A DNA stretch of 64,000 nucleotides from Epiperipatus broadwayi (Eukaryota > Animalia > Onychophora), in contig JAQFVV010000003.1 of assembly GCA_028023455.1 (NCBI GenBank), positions 7,750,001 through 7,814,000 on the forward strand, in the 5' to 3' direction. Under the pieces are notes generated by a model. That model was not told the origin of the DNA, ran no database searches, and saw nothing but the letters and a program-made list of their open reading frames with translations. Positions 62,860-64,000 of the stretch are shown here, piece by piece. How positions within the stretch are numbered: the stretch's first letter is position 1; every line of letters begins with the position of its first letter. The position numbers and the translations under genes were made by a program.

Positions 62860-64000
62860 TATTGGATGAATAGGCACTAGATGGTGATTTTATGCACAAA
62901 CCTTGTGGCATCCATTGATTACTCTGGCTTGCACTGACTGGCAAAATAGAGAGTTTTGCCTGTTTTAATAACTTTTTAAACTAGACATCTTTATTGTGGC
63001 TCTTAATAGAATACCAGTTATCATCTTATTAATCTTGATTATATCAGAAACATCTTCAAAGTCTATTTATATTTTTAAATGATCAACAAATTCTAATTTA
63101 AATTATTTATAGTGTTTCAGAAGGTTAGAAATATTATTTATTAATATTGTCTTTCTTAATAATTTTCATCTATATAGGTTTGTATTGATACATATCTTAT
63201 ATCTCACTGATCAATGATAACTTCTGTTTTCAGTTTATTAAGAGCATTACAATCTTGAAATCTGCTATAACATTATTTGAATATTTCCAGGTTCATTTCC
63301 ATTTAGTATTTCTCTTAAAGAAAGAATTTATAATAAATAGTTTTTATTTTTATTTTTGCAAATTGCACAAGTGTATGTTCTCTCTTGTTTCTGATAATAT
63401 AATCAAATTTACCCACAGCATTTTCAACTTTTCGTTATTTAGCAATTCTAGAATTAACATCTCCAGTAATGATTTTAAAATGTTATTTTGTCTAATCAAA
63501 AGCATTTTGTGCATTATATAAAAATCCTCTATTTTTCTATCACAATAAAAACTTGTTGTGGTGTAAATCTAAATTATCTGCATTTCATGTCTTTCACTAA
63601 ATTGAATAACTAATCTTGCCATTCTCTCTGATATACCATCAATCTCCACAATATTGTTCTTTCACTTTTTATTTGTACACTTTTTAAAATAATATTTTCA
63701 TCTTTTAACTTCACAAAATTCAATAAAGTCTCATATATTATAATATTAGACAGTTATAATTTTTCTATACTTGAAAGTGGTTTGCAGTTATAAGTATCTA
63801 AATAAAAAAATTACAAATGGTAGCTTAAAGCCTTACAATAGGAGATTCTTAGCATCTTTTGCCTTTAGTCTTAGATTATGGCTTTATGACCCCTGGAAAT
63901 AAGGTCATTTCTCATTATTATAAATATATGCTTGAAAATTATTCACACATATATTCATTCTGCCTTCAAGAAATTTCATCTGATAATTTATTTAAGAATT

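Larger units (their letters stand above)
62300..62970. mobile_element. Head-to-head family-A fold-back, ~325-bp arms, ~20-bp spacer, two hammerheads
   Basis: 62300-62622 is the diverged reverse complement of 62644-62970. TSD-like ataact(g)ttttaaa at 62291-62304 and 62968-62980. Confidence 0.9.
60538..63830 (-). mobile_element. Decayed near-full-length RTE-like LINE, interrupted by a family-A fold-back
   Basis: On the minus strand: ATYNC..LS.EKL, TGDVNSRI, INSFFKR...KW.W (APE); NYKPI, FVDYEKA, FADD, YKYL.Q, KIFHKCLLPVLTY (ORF 60872); WIPRD.R....RW.D at the 3' end. Confidence 0.85.

Overview
Very AT-rich, CpG-depleted eukaryotic (probably invertebrate/arthropod) genomic DNA. The window lies inside one + strand host gene, a divergent EOGT-like (GT61) O-GlcNAc transferase. 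Ten phase-compatible coding exons (4348-58253) were assembled by hand; none is called correctly in the ORF track, and both ends of the gene lie outside the window. The introns are packed with mobile DNA: (1) a 10.5-kb Ty3/Gypsy element (38659-49116) with unusually long ~2.5-kb LTRs, a tRNA-Lys PBS and an ATAT TSD; (2) three old, RT-less Mag-like LTR elements; (3) two decayed RTE-like LINEs; (4) a tRNA-shaped SINE-like insert and a MITE-like element. The most striking feature is at least five families of Penelope-like (PLE) terminal-repeat fragments carrying minimal type I hammerhead ribozyme motifs with palindromic stem III. They occur as tandem ~405-450 bp units and as head-to-head fold-back insertions with TSD-like flanks. 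A same-strand three-exon chain that is not in phase with EOGT sits in the first visible intron. All family assignments come from motif recognition by eye, not from database searches.
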